Assembly: GCA_036172245.1 (NCBI GenBank)
Contig: JAYWIR010000043.1
Location: forward strand, 620,001-684,000
From: Raillietiella orientalis
Taxonomy: Eukaryota
Direction of reading: 5' to 3'
DNA: 64,000 bases
Shown here: positions 1 to 13,500 of the stretch, in pieces
Numbering within the stretch: the first letter of the stretch is position 1
Layout of the letters: the number at the start of each line of letters is the position of its first letter
Translations under genes and position numbers: made by a program
The notes under the pieces: model-generated
What the model was told of the DNA's origin: nothing
What the model saw: the letters and a program-made list of their open reading frames with translations, nothing else
The model's database searches: none

Positions 1-3000
1 TTGATGCAGCCTGTCTGTTGCTGCCCCCGCCTTAAGCATCGGTCAACTGCCTGAATGTCCCTTTTGCCAAAACCGGAAGAATGATTTGATAGTTGTTGTA
101 TGCTCGATGAGAATGGAGCGCCTATCCGTAAGCGGATGCGTGTTAGCAATTTCTGTTCTTCCAATCGGTGCTGCTCGATTTGGGTCAAACGTGCTTTCCA
201 CATCGGACACGTTGGTACATTTGGTGATGATTTTCAACCCATTGCAGCATTTCTGTCGCATTACGGTTGCAGCACGTTGTGCGGATGATAATATCCAAAC
301 CAATGTACCAAACCCGAGCCAACCCTACATCCGGGAACACCTCTCGCCCCGGTTATCTGTAATGCTGATGTTCCTTGCGGAACATCTGGCTCTGTTTAAA
401 AGGTCTGCTGGAATATTTGGTCCATGAGCCAAACTGGTTCATGGTTTATGAATACTGCAAACCTTCGGTTTCATAGAGTTTTATTTACTCTATTTCCGCC
501 GTAATCCATGATGAATTTTCGGGTTTTGCTCCACCCTTGTCCTCCCTCGTCATCCCGCTCAGCCGGATCACTCTCAAGTCGATCAGCAGTTGCATATGCC
601 GACCTGGTTGTCACTTTTGCATTCTTCCTACTGGTTCGCAAGCTTGCTCCCGTGTGTTGGATTCTGTCGACGTCGTCGTCAAGTTGGCGGCCGTCTCTGC
701 GTGTGGCCGTCAAGAAGCCCAACGACAGCTTGCTCGCAGCTTTGCTGTCCGTCTTTTGACACTTCGATGGCCCCCAAAATGGAAAGATGATGCGCTACCA
801 TCAGCTTTTGGAATTTTCCGTCACCTGCGTTGCTTTTGCTGCAGTCGCCATTCAGTACGGATGTATAGAAGTTCCAAGACCACGGTAGGAATCTTGGAGC
901 TCCTGGTCAGCACAGTCCATTAGTTCATCCAAATGCTCTTCTACATTCTCCATAATTTACTCAAAGGTTTCGTTCACGTCTTCCAGCGGCACAAATGGGA
1001 GTCCAAACAACGTCGATGCACACTCACGGGTGTTACTCGCTGTTGTCACGTGCGCGCGTTTGAGGCCCAAAGAAGGTGTTTTTCTATTACAATCCAAGGA
1101 GGTTTTCCAAGCGTAGACCTTTCAGACAGGACGAAACATCAAGGACCACTTGCCGCTGGCCAAATGCCTCAGTGGATCCTTCGGACAGGAACGAAAATAT
1201 CCTCTAATCCATTGGGAGCACTTGGTTATATTTCAGTATGCCGTTTCCCCTAAACAATTCTGGGATTTCCTGAAAATGAAACGGGAAGTATTCAGTTTGG
1301 AAGCAGAAGTGTTCGTTTGGGTGAGGAAAATTCAATTTGAAAGGAAGAAAAATTTCATCGAAACGTACAGAAACAAACTGCCTGTCGTACTTAAGAGGAT
1401 GATAGATGCCATCCTACAGGAGTCGTGCTTCAAATCAGATCCTAAGAGAGAGAGAGCGAGGATGAAGAAGATCCAAGCAGTGTTTAGTGCCGCAAATGTT
1501 TCTGTCATTTGAGGCTCTCAACATTGATTTCCAGATATCACCACTGTGGATGGCAGTGGCGAATCTTTGCAATGAAGCAACGCCCGAATTGAAATTTTCA
1601 GCCGGGAGAAAGAACACAGTGAGCCTTTCTGATATTTTTTTTTACTATCTCTCGTGAAGAAGGAGTGTTGTGTAACCATCACTATGAACCCACGTGGCCC
1701 TTTGTGAATTTTTTGCCCTACTGCTTGTAACTGGATGTCTCCTCCACACAAGCACTGATGGATCTCTACTGAGCATTCCTCAAGGCATACTATTTGGAAG
1801 TGCTTATTTTGTCTTGATCCCTATAGTATAGGGAAGCTATGTTGTGGAGCTATTGGAAGCTATTGGAAACTGATTCAGAATAACTTCTGAATCAGTTTCA
1901 AAAGAAAGGCGTATGATCACATTTGAGGTAACCCCCATGGACTCACCAATGGTGAGCCTTCCTTCCGATCAGCGACCGATTTCGGAACCATCTCCAAATT
2001 TCTTGAATGGGATCCAGGGCTGCAACTAGTAGTAGCAAAGATTCCCTGCAACCCTACTGTTCCGCTCTGGGCGTGGAACAGGCATCCGCTTGTCAGAACT
2101 GAGGGAATTCTTCTTATACTGAAGAAGTGTGAACCTCAGCTGCCAGGAAGGACAGATTGATGGATTGTTTTCGATCTTCAGCGATGCGGTAGTATTCCGG
2201 ACCGTAATGACGCTGCACTTATTACGAGAATAGAAATGCCTACCACAATCCACGCTCTTGTCACGAGTAGAGACCCGCAACAGTGACCTTGTCGAAAAGC
2301 AGCGCTCTGTTCTTGCTGATTTTAAGGATTGGTCAGCTGCTGTCTAAGAATGCTATCGCAATCTTGGCTCGGAGTCCGTTCCTCTCACGCTTGGAGAGGG
2401 ATCCCACCGGAGCGGAGGGAGATCGCACCTCCTACCCTGGTTGTCTCCGAAGGGGAACCCAGAAGGAAATCTCCTTCCTCATTCTCTCCGGAGGGACACC
2501 CCCCTCTAACGGGGAGGGGCTGTCCTCTCCATTTCAACTTCTCCGAAGGGAACCCGGAAAGGGATCCGCTAGTGGGAATTTCTTCTCCGGAGGGAACCCG
2601 CAAGGGAACCGCTCCTGTTCACTCCTCTGAAGAGAGCCCGGAAGCGACACGTCCGAAACTCAGAAGGGGCGCTGCAGCTTCCCACAGGGAATCGCTCTCG
2701 CTTGTTTCCTTGCACTCTTGTGAAGAGGCGACGACTGAGAAGGTCCCCCCACGCAACAGGGGGACCTGCTCCTTTAAACAACTGGAGAGGTGCCCGTGAA
2801 GGCTCCTGCTCCATCCTGAACAAACCGGAGGGGTCCCTCCAGTGTAGGGGGTCCGCTCTCCGTTGCACCACAGGAGGGGGAACTCCCCACTCCTTGATTC
2901 CTGGAAGAACCCGAAGGTCGACTTCTATTGTTCCGGCCTACATCAGGGGAGCCTCCAGCTTAATCCACCGCCGATGCCACGCCCGAATACCTCGGCCAAC

Positions 3001-4527
3001 CAGCGCCATCTTGCAGGAGGAACCCAAACGACACAGTGGCGTCAGTCTCTGTCGGAGTATTGGAACCCGCGGCTCACGGTGCCACGCGTGGAAGCCTTAA
3101 CCACTAAGCCTCCGACGCGGGCTCTGTGGTTTGTGGCTCTTCCTCCCCCTCGGAAGAATGCCATGTGTTTATTCTTTCACAAGTGGAGAAATGGCTCGTT
3201 GATGGCATACAGTGAAGGTTGATGGTGATGGTATCGTAGTAACCTGTTGCATTACCGTTTCGGTTACCAGCAGACATAGGGAAAGGATGGAAAAATTACG
3301 GGAAAGAAAAGAAGAAAGAAAAGGAAGCTTTGAAATCCCATTCAAGTTCATTTCGGGTCGAGTAAAACTCGATGACATTTACGCTGAGAAAGAAGGCGAT
3401 CGGAAACATCGCAAAGTTCACATCTATGCCGCCTCGAATTTCAACTTCCAGCCTTCAGTCTGCTTGCGAGGGCGGCAAAGGCAAAATGACCGTTTCTCAA
3501 GAAGCGAAACTGACCAAGTGCTCAGCTGTCTCTCTTCCAAATCGCCCACATCTTTTACATTTCCATCAAGCATTTCAATTGTGGGTTTGCTGCCTGTAGA
3601 GGATGCCATAACTCAGTTCCTGTGAGGTTTTGAATGCAAAGGAAAAGCGAATTTCTCTTTGTGTGTGTGCTCGGCCTTGGTGACTTCTCGGATCGATGAA
3701 AGAGGTGTTCTCTATGGATGAATAGCATCAGTCACTTTACATAGCTAGGGTTTTCCGGTGGAACCTTGAGCAGCAGCTGCGTTGGTGTTGGCGAAATTCC
3801 TGAAAAGAGTTGCCTATTTTTCATAAGACTCCGTCCCATCTCCCACTTTTATTGCTCTGCCCTGTGGCAAAGCATCTTCTTGCATTTTCGTTTCCCTGCT
3901 ATCGAGATATCTGCCTATTGATTTTGACCCGAGAACGAGAAGAGTCACTTCACGTCACTGCTAGTGGGAAGTCTCAAGCCTCTAAGAAGGCCTTTTAAGA
4001 ACTTTGCTCTTGTTGACCGCTCGAGACTATCTATATGCTGACTGATGAAGAGCTTAAAAAGAACGTGAAGGGATTATGGCGTCCAGCAGCTTTGAGGATG
4101 GATGCAGCCGCGAAGGGAGATACAGATATGAGATGCTCTACGGAGAAATTTCCGTGGATGTAGTTCCGAAGCCATAATTTCAGACTCCAATAACCCACGC
4201 AAACATGTCAAAACATACGAAAGGTTCTTTTATCTGAGGACTCCTCCTAATTTGATGAGCATAGGGAACTCGAAGATCGATTCGGCGGGAATTTACAAAG
4301 ACCATCGTGGTCTGTTTTGAGAAGCAGCATCCTTGCGCTCACTTTCACTTGCATGCGTTGACTCTTCGAGACGGATGTGCTTGGGAAAAGGAGAACGAGC
4401 TGACTCGGCTTGTAAGATAAAATGAAAAAAAAAAAAAAAAAAGTTTCGATGAATCTTCGAGTATCGCAGATGCTAAAGATGCTGAGAGACAGGGATAAGA
4501 CTCAAGGAAAGGGCGCTGTCTTTTCAG

Positions 4528-7500
4528 GAAAGATCCGGATTGGGTGTGGGATGTTTTCGAGGAGTCGGTGCCGATGTCTACTTATCTTGTTGCGTTCGTT
4601 GTATCAGAGTTTACCTACGTGGAAAGTTACACGAAAGTCGATCGTTCCATCGGGAAGGCCATCAAGTTCCGCCTGTGGGCCCGACCTGACACTATAGCAG
4701 CAGCCAACTACTCAAGTTTCATAGGGCCTCGAATCCTCGATTTTTACAAGGAATTCTTTGGTGTCCCTTACCCCTTACCAAAGCTTGATATGATTGCGCT
4801 TCCGGATCTTGCTGCCGGAGCGATGGAAAACTGGGGACTAATAACCTACAGGTATTTTCCTTCTGGCCTGAAAGAGCGAACCTGGCCAGATACCATGGGC
4901 TGCTCAATGAAATCTGCTGTTTCCTCGAAGGGAGACCAGAGTGCTGTATGATCCTGCAAGTGGCTCATCATGGGATAAGCAAAGGATCGCCTTGGTCATC
5001 GCACATGAACTGGCTCATCAGTGGTTTGGGAACTTGGTGACTCCTAAGTGGTGGAATGATCTCTGGCTGAACGAAGGATTCGCGACTTATATGGAGTACC
5101 TAGGCACTGACTCGGTATGCAGTCTGATTCCATGCTGAATGCTTCACATCTCGAGATGAGCTCCATCCTCCGGAATCCTCAGCTCTTGTCTGAACGCTCT
5201 ATAAATTATTGGTCCGGTTTTTCTTTCTGCGATTGCTTCACACGTCTCAGATGCGGCGTATGTGAAAATATTCCAAAGACCCAAGAATCCTGCCAAGGGC
5301 ATGAGTCATCAAGGAATGAATCAGATGTTCGTGTTTGTTCTTTGCCGACTACTGCTTCTCCATCTTGTTTACTCCACGGACTGTTCTCGACAGACACGCT
5401 TCCGCTCTTGATTCACCTCCTGGGTGTCGACTGTGTCCAGATTCGTTGAAATCTTTCAAGGTGAAGCATTCCAGTTTTCCAGGTGCTTTTCTTACCTTTC
5501 TGTGAGGCCCTCGTCGGCATTTCCGATGCAGATAGGAATCCTAGTCCGAATAGCTTGCTCGTGAGGTGGATGTCGGTGTTTCCTGAAGAAGTTCTGAGAT
5601 GGCTAAATTAAATCCAATCATTGAGCCAAAATGTCTGGTCACTTTGCTTCCTGAAAGCTCCTGGAAAAAATATTGATACTTTGAGATAGAATCTAGGTTG
5701 ACTCGTTTCTTGGGAATCGTCTCATATCCTGTCCACCCTCCCCCCCTTTTTCTTTTCTTTTTCCACGAATTATAGGAAGCCTCGGAAGGAACTGGGAAGG
5801 AACACCCTTTTCTTTCGCATGCGGAAACAAGGATCTTGGATGAATCCTTTCCTTCCCAATAAACCCATTAACACTGAAGATTCGGCAAGCTCTCGTTCAC
5901 AATAGCAACCCGAAGTGGAGAGCAGCGAACGAATAGCTCCCACGTAGCTAGAAGATCGCCAGAAGTTCCTTGAAAAGGTTGGCAATTTGGATAAACTCCC
6001 AGGAGGTGTAGATTGGTGTAGATGTGGCAACATAGTGGGACTGTGATGATGGAACACAAACGATGGCCGTCATGAAGGTGCTCGAAATGATCGGAATGTG
6101 CAAACTCGATGACGATCTGATTTCCGATTTTGCATGGGAAGACGGAAATCGGAAAGCTTTCAGCAAGCATGAAGAAAAGGACTCCTCGTCCATAATTTTC
6201 CCTTTGAGGACATCTGGATGCTAAAAGAATAAGGTCACCTAACACTGATGCACTGAGGGCCGTTGCATCCGCGCGTTCTCTTTCGGAGGACATTTCAAAA
6301 TGAAAAAAAGAGCGAGGCTTTCCAGAACTGGGTTCTGGGAAGAAGAGGATAAGATGATGAGACAGGCAAAGCGACGAGTGGATGGCAGGAATAAAAAGGA
6401 GAGTGCAGATCATTCGCAGAATAAATGGAGAAGACAGGAAAGAAAACGGTCAGCATGATGTGCAGGCCATGCTCGTGGTGACCTGAGAAGCATTATGGAA
6501 CGAGTGGCAATCAGCTGCATCCCAGCAAATCACGAGATTGGCACGAGCAGTGCCACGGGGCTCGCAGCTCGGGGCAAGCAACTCTCTTCGATTCTGCCAC
6601 CACCTCAGATCGGATGGTAACCGATTCTCCAGTAGTCTTTGAAAACATCCAAATCTTCGCACAAATGCGAGTCCTGAATATCGAAGGCGGGGCTGTGTGC
6701 ATCCAGGAATGCAGCTCAGCAGAAACTTCTGGGCCTTTTGAGTCAGTGTTGGTGGAAGGCTGCAAGATGATTCCAAGATGAGGATAAAGTTCTTGGGAAC
6801 GCCTTCCAATAGCAAAGCATGAAGGAAACGCTTTTCTCGTCTCCGATGCAGATATCCTGTTGATGCAGTAGTGCGATGCAACGGCCCCTCGTGCAGATGT
6901 TTTCTTGTTGCCTCGGCAACAAGGGAGCGGAGCAGGAACGCCAATGTATCAGTGATCACATAAAATGGAACCGAGCCTGATGGGTAATGATTCTGGAATT
7001 CTTTGAGTACCTTTTTCCGATGCAGGTGCTATCCATTTTTTCAGTTAGCATATCTTGAAATTTCTGCTCTTAGCCTAATCATAATTTCGTTTATCATCCA
7101 TAGATAGGTCTAAAGACTGTTTTTTTATCAAAATAGAAAATTTAGGATGTGCTACTGATAATCCATTTTAAAGGTAGAGTCACGATGGAAGATCAAAGAA
7201 CAGTTTTTATACTTGGAAGTGTTCCCGGTTCTGAAGCTCGATTCCCTCTGCTTGACTCACAAAATCTCCCAGAGCGTCGACGATCCTAATGAAATCGATG
7301 AAATTTTCGATGGGATTTCCTATCAGAAAGGTAAAGGCAACACTGTTTTGTTCTTTTCTCTTTTCTTCCTTCATTCGGATCTCCGAGTCGACGAATCCTG
7401 AACCGAACTCTACTCGGGAAAGGGGACTCTTTTGGAAAGTAGCCCGGCTGCGAAACTCTCTAAGTGCTTTTCTACGCTTTCGTGGACCAGGAAATCATGT

Positions 7501-10500
7501 GGCGGCTGGGGGCAGGGCAAGGATGCTCTGTGCAGCAGCATGCGGTGCCCCCCCCCCTCTTACCGACAGCGCCCGTCTGCCGCGCTCTGCCCAATTCGAA
7601 TATCGGCGCGGTGCATTCTGCAAGGAACCGTCTTCGGGGGATGCTGAGCGCGGACCTCAGGAGTGGGAGACTCCCGAAAGCGGAAAGGAATTGCGGATTC
7701 ACGTAGGGACCGGAAGTATGACTCGAAATCTCTAGAAAGTCATGTAGGAGAACCGTTAGCGAGAGATCCGGAAAACACCACGAGGACGCTTTTCTTCCCT
7801 ATTAGAAGACGCGAATTCATGAGCACATGCCCGAAATACACGGAAATTCGTGCATTATGAGCATCCGTGCTTTCAGGAACCATTGCCGTCGAACAAAAAC
7901 TAAACCTACGTGTTAATGGGGATGGCTTTGTGTACTGCATTCTCCACTTTCACATTCAAGGATAAATCATCTAAAAGCTGGGGGCTAAGCAAAGACAACA
8001 AAACTAAAATCGTCTTCGAAATGGGTGAAGATTCAAAATGGCGTCATTGCATATGCAATCCAGATTGTAGATTGAGCCGAGCAGCTCTCATCTTGCCTAC
8101 TTTGGTCATCTTCGCAGCGGTGGGATTTGAAATTTGCATGTTCTCGATCCAAATGGCTTAGGTCCAGCAATTTTCTCGATGTATTGGTCTTCCTCATCTA
8201 TTCAATTTTCCGAACGTCCTGCTGCAATCACTGCTAAAGTATTCCAACGAACTCAATCCCATTCTCATGGCATGAAGGCTCATTCCTGAAAGCTCCACCG
8301 GAGGAATCGAATGACACCTATCCTGCGAGGTGTGAAAACGGGCTAAATCGTGGTGATGGACCAGTTGGAACGGAGAACCGAATCGGCGTGCGCTCGGCGG
8401 GTCAGCAAGGCTCCGCAAAAGTCTCCAACAGCTTTCCCGGTTCCTGTGGTGGTTTTGCTAACTCCGGTCCATCCAGCATCACATCTTGCCCGTGATGCTT
8501 TTCCTCAACGCTCATTCGTAGTGCGTACTGACGGGACCATTCCCTGAAGCACTTGTCTGCCCCTTCCATGTGCGCCTTACTTGAGTTTGCCCGCCTTGAA
8601 TTCGCTCCAGACACTCTCATGCGAGTGTTTCCTAATTCTTCTGCAAGCTGTGTTCTAAGCAGAGGAAACTGCTTCGAAGGTGTGCGTGGACTTGATGCCT
8701 GCTTGCTGCATCTGGATAATATCTTGAACACGAGTCAGCAGAGAAGATGGCTTCGAATTGCTCCTGGCAATTGCGTTTCGTTTCGAAGCAGGTCTTTTTG
8801 GGGGGACTTTTCCGATCCTTCGAACGAAAGGAGCGTTCTTTAGAGGAGATGATGAGCAGGACGCAAGAGGAAGCATCATCATCTTGGAAGAGGAATTGTT
8901 ATTCTCCTTCTAGGTTTCCCACCTTTGGAGATGGAAATATGAGTTCAGAATTGTGTGGAGTGGGATTAGAAGGCGATTTTCTGCTACCGCCTTGCAAGAT
9001 GCACTCTCCCAAATTCCCCACACATCAGTTCTTTGATGCTGCTCCGGTTCTTCTTGCTGGACGTTGTTTGCGTGACGGAAGAAGTGCACCGGATTTTCGG
9101 ATTTCCAAGAGCACGTCTACCGGAGTGACCGAAAGCAGTGCGAACTCTTTCCTTCACTGCCGAAGCTGTTGGGAAGATCTCGGTACCAATCCTCGAGGTG
9201 CATTCGTGAGCTCGTCATCCGACGTTACGCTGTTTTTCGAATCTTTCGCTTTGGTGCTGTTCCCCTTATCTCAGAGCCGACAACCAGCTCTCGGAATAAT
9301 GATGGTCTCTTTCAGCTGGCATGAGGAAACCCGATTGGTCCATGAATTGAATTAACTGCTTTATTCAGTTGTCTAATGCGCCGCGACCCGAATCGAGCCA
9401 AGTCATGAGAAATAAATTTAAAAACAATTTCAGTGACTAAACGCGTATTTGCCCACGAATTCCATTGATTGCTTTATTCAATTCTGTAATGCGCCGTGAC
9501 TGGGATGCCAAAAAAGCGCGGGATCCGAAAGATAAAGATGATTATCATAACACGAATTCTTTCGGCATCCCCCCACCGCGGACTTCGGCGTGTTGCAGCA
9601 AGAAGCAGTCTCCAGTTTCATGGAGGAAATCTTCAGGTTCGGAGAGACCTGCTCCCTTGGAAGCACAAACACAAAACCACAGGGACGAAAGCGTCTAAGG
9701 CAGACATGAGCGTGCAACCGATCCACATCCTCAACGGGAACACCCCATTCCTTGACGAAATGCTGTTGATGCATCCGGCTAGTTTGCGGGGCAGTCGTTC
9801 AATTAGTTCATGTGGGTCCTCCTGCCACAGCTTCTTGATGTCGATGGCAACGCGGATCCGGAGTTGCGACTAGGGAATCGGAAGACTATACCTAGAACAG
9901 AGTGCTTTCCTTTGAGTTCCACAAGAGATCGAATCAAGCGAATTCAGAATTGGAATATACATCGATTCTGTTCAGTTTTCTTGAAGAAAACGTTGTCACA
10001 ACAAATCCAAAGTGCTTTCCTTTTGAATTCGCTTTGCTTTTTTCTTTTTTTTTTCAAAGGATCCGCTCTCATAAACATGATGAATTCCTTCCTCGGCGAA
10101 GATACCTTCATCAGAGGCATCGGGAACTACCTAAAGGAACAGTCGTTTGGGAATGCTGATCAGGATGATCTCTGGGAGTACCTCACAAAGCAAGCCATCC
10201 TGGATGGAAAAAAGCTCCCATCTGGAGTGACGGTGAGAGAAATAATGAACACGTGGACGCTGCAGCTTGGGTACCCCATTGTGGAAGTTGAAAGAAACTA
10301 CAAGAACAACTCAGCCATCGTGACGCAGGTAAGGGAAAATCAGATTGCTTCCATCGAAAATGCTTTTCGAAATTCTCTACGAGTCCCTTCCATCTCGTTT
10401 TGCTCCCTTTCCTTCCTCCGTGACAGCAATTGCAACGAAACGTATTGCAAAGCAAAGTGAATCTTCCGATCCATCGATTCCACTCTTGCCGCTTGTCGTG

Positions 10501-13500
10501 GTAAATTTTCATTGCAGCAGTTCTTGTCCTGAGTTGGTCTGAGGTCACAATACCTATTTCCGATGAGACGCAAGATCATGCATTTCTGTCTCCTGTTAGT
10601 CGGGCATCACTTCCGAACCCATTCTGATCTCAGGAGCCAGGAAAGTCCGAGGGACCAAAGAGATACCATCCAAGCACATCCAGCCTTCAGCAGCAGCAGT
10701 GATGAGGTCAGCACTGCTGCTGGTTTTCAGGTTTCCATGAATCGTCAGCACAAATGCCACTTGCCATCGTCATCATCATTCTCTTTTACCCTCACTCCTA
10801 TATCCTCTGTTGGTATCACTTGAATGTCTGTTCTTAATTGCATATAAGGAAGTTCCTATTACCTGAAACCATAGACCTTGGATGGCTGCCTTTTTGCACT
10901 CGTCCTCTGAGGTCACCAATAGGTATTCTTCGTTTAAGTCCCAACCTCATGGAGAAGAAGATTCTCTATTCTTTCTCCAACAAGGAGCTCCATCGACCCT
11001 AACTGGAAATTTACCGGAATTTTCGGACTCAGTCACTCTGTTCTTCTAGCCCTAGTAAGAGAAAATCGTACGAAAGCGTTGCTAATATCCCAATCTAGCA
11101 GCACCTCTTGTTATCTGTGAAGTATTCGAGTTTTGAGTTTTTGTTGCATTTCTCTATTTATGCGCCCTCTACGGGAATCCATTTTTCATTTTTGTTCTAA
11201 TCGATTTCGTTTGCTGTTAGCATCCGCACGTCCATGTGATGAGCCCCAGAGGCACTTCTCTCCAGATCTATCTAAGGACAGCTGGACCAAGATCCTCGAA
11301 GCTCGAGGATTGCCTCGAAAGTGGAGACAGGGAACTCTCAAACAGTCAAGGAATCTTCCTCCTCATCAAGGAGGCAACCCCAAACCTCCGAACACTGGTC
11401 ATTGTGTTCCGCTGTTTCAGCTCCCAGGAGCGGTGCCGTTTTCCTTTTTGCCCTTCATGCTATCCAAAAAGCTTATAAACGGCTGCTTTCCGAGCTCAGG
11501 GCAGTAGAGAGAAGCGTGAGCACGATGAAGAGTCAGATAATTGTGACATTGTAACCACGAAAAGCAGCAGCAAGGGATTCCTTGGCTGTTTGAGAGTTCG
11601 CTGTCTCCACTTTCGAGGCAATTCTCGAGCTTCGAGGATCTTGGTCCAGCTGTCCTTAGATAGATCTGGAGAGAAGTGCCTCTGGGGCTCATCACATGGA
11701 CGTGCGGATGCTAACAGCAAACGAAATCGATTAGAACAAAAATGAAAAATGGATTCCCAGAGAGGGCGCATAAATAGAGAAATGCAACAAAAACTCAAAA
11801 CTCAAATGCTAGCCGTTTATAAGCTTCTTGAATAGAAATGAAGGGCAAAAAGGAAAACGGCACCGCTCCTGGGAGCTGAAACAGCGGAACACGATAGCAT
11901 CTCTTGTCACGTATCTCCCGGAGACTTGAATTCCGAGGATTGTCTGTAAAATCTGTGACGAAATACAGGAGAGCTCCAAGAAAGCATTCAGTGCAACGGA
12001 GAAGAAGCATTTTCGAGGCGAAAAGTTGCTGCTTCTTTTACGGAAGCGAGTCCACAATTCCCTAATATGTGGGAGGAAGAGTTGAGGCTAGCCCTATTTT
12101 CCATTTGAATGTGCCGGAAGTTACTGACTGAACACATAGCATTCCTGCCCCTCAGCTGTCATTAGATGAAATTGTTTTTCCTTTTTTTGAAAAATACATA
12201 TATATATATATATATATATATATCTTCAAATATATATATATATATCTTCAAATGAATCCCTCCTATGAGCTGTTTTCTTTGACTCCATCCAGTTCTCCAA
12301 ACGATGGAAGCAGAGAGAACTGAGACGAGTCATGCTTCGTCTGTCTTGAGGTCACACCAAGAGAAACGAATTCAACCCTTCTCTTGCGCACACGAAAAGC
12401 CTTAAAATTAAAGATGGGTCATCTTGAGTTCTGTAATGACTGCTCTTTGAAGAGAGACCTAGCACGGACGTTGCAAGATCCAGAAAATCTGTCTCAGCCA
12501 GATGGAATGGTTTCCCGAGCAGCGAGGCTGAAGGAAGTACGCATTAGTGTATAGGGATTGTTCGGTCCAGAGGAAAGCCTGAGTTGTACAAGTTGAATCG
12601 CCTTGGGATGCTCATCGGCCACTCTTCCGAGCGAAGTCACAGCTCGCTCTGCCATCTATCCTGCCCGCGGTCAACTTGAAAGAACTCGTCCGCCTCGCTC
12701 GCCAATCAGCCTGCTTTCCCGTGTCCAAACTTCCGCGTACGAATTGCGATTCGACACTTATTTTTCTGTATACACGCTAAGGAGTCTCCGTAAGGAAACG
12801 TTTTCAAGAAATTTCTTGAGCAGCTGATGTATGCTATTTCAGTCACCACTGCTATTTCAGTTCTTTTAGGAGGCTTTAGATTCGCAGATCAAGATGCTTT
12901 GCAGTCTGCCAAGCATCTTGATATTTTCCTTTGGGAAGAGATACAGGAAAGAGGTTGCCCCGAGGAGTTTGAAGCTCACGAGCATCATTGGATGAGTGAT
13001 GACTTCTGCCATCCGAACAGCAGTTTCTGCTTTGCAGTCGCTCCAGGAGCAGCATCTTGTGAAGATTCCTACTGGAGCAAGAAGCGGTTCCATTCTAAAT
13101 GGAAAAGTCTCTCTGGTTCCTTGAAGCAGCTTTCCTAAGGTGATTCTTCAAGGACGATATTCTTAAGATCCCCAGTCCCCGAGTGAATCTGTTTTGTCCT
13201 ACGTTTGTGGAACTTTTTTTGAACCTATCTCAAGGTTAAAGGGAACCTCACCTTCATTTCTCCGTAATGGGTCATCAGACCATGCTCCTTGCAAGCGAAG
13301 ATGTCCGGCTGAGATTCGTGTTTCAGTCTTTCGTCCTATACACTTAGGTATCCGTGTCTCACTTTAGAGTTTCGATCAGTGTTTTTCTGACTTCAGTATC
13401 GGTGGCACATTTCCTAAATGGAGATCTGCACTCTGCGGTCTCTCGATAACGAATGCGTAAACATTGGTGGAAGAGGAAAATAGGGAAGAGTTGGCAACGT

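Noticed and set aside
2445..2645. Five spaced copies of CTCCGRAGGGAACCC-like motifs (2445, 2486, 2541, 2585, 2625) resembling a CRISPR array
   Set aside because: The repeats are short and degenerate, spacing is irregular (40-55 nt), there are no cas genes and the context is eukaryotic. More likely a low-complexity coding relic of a mobile element.
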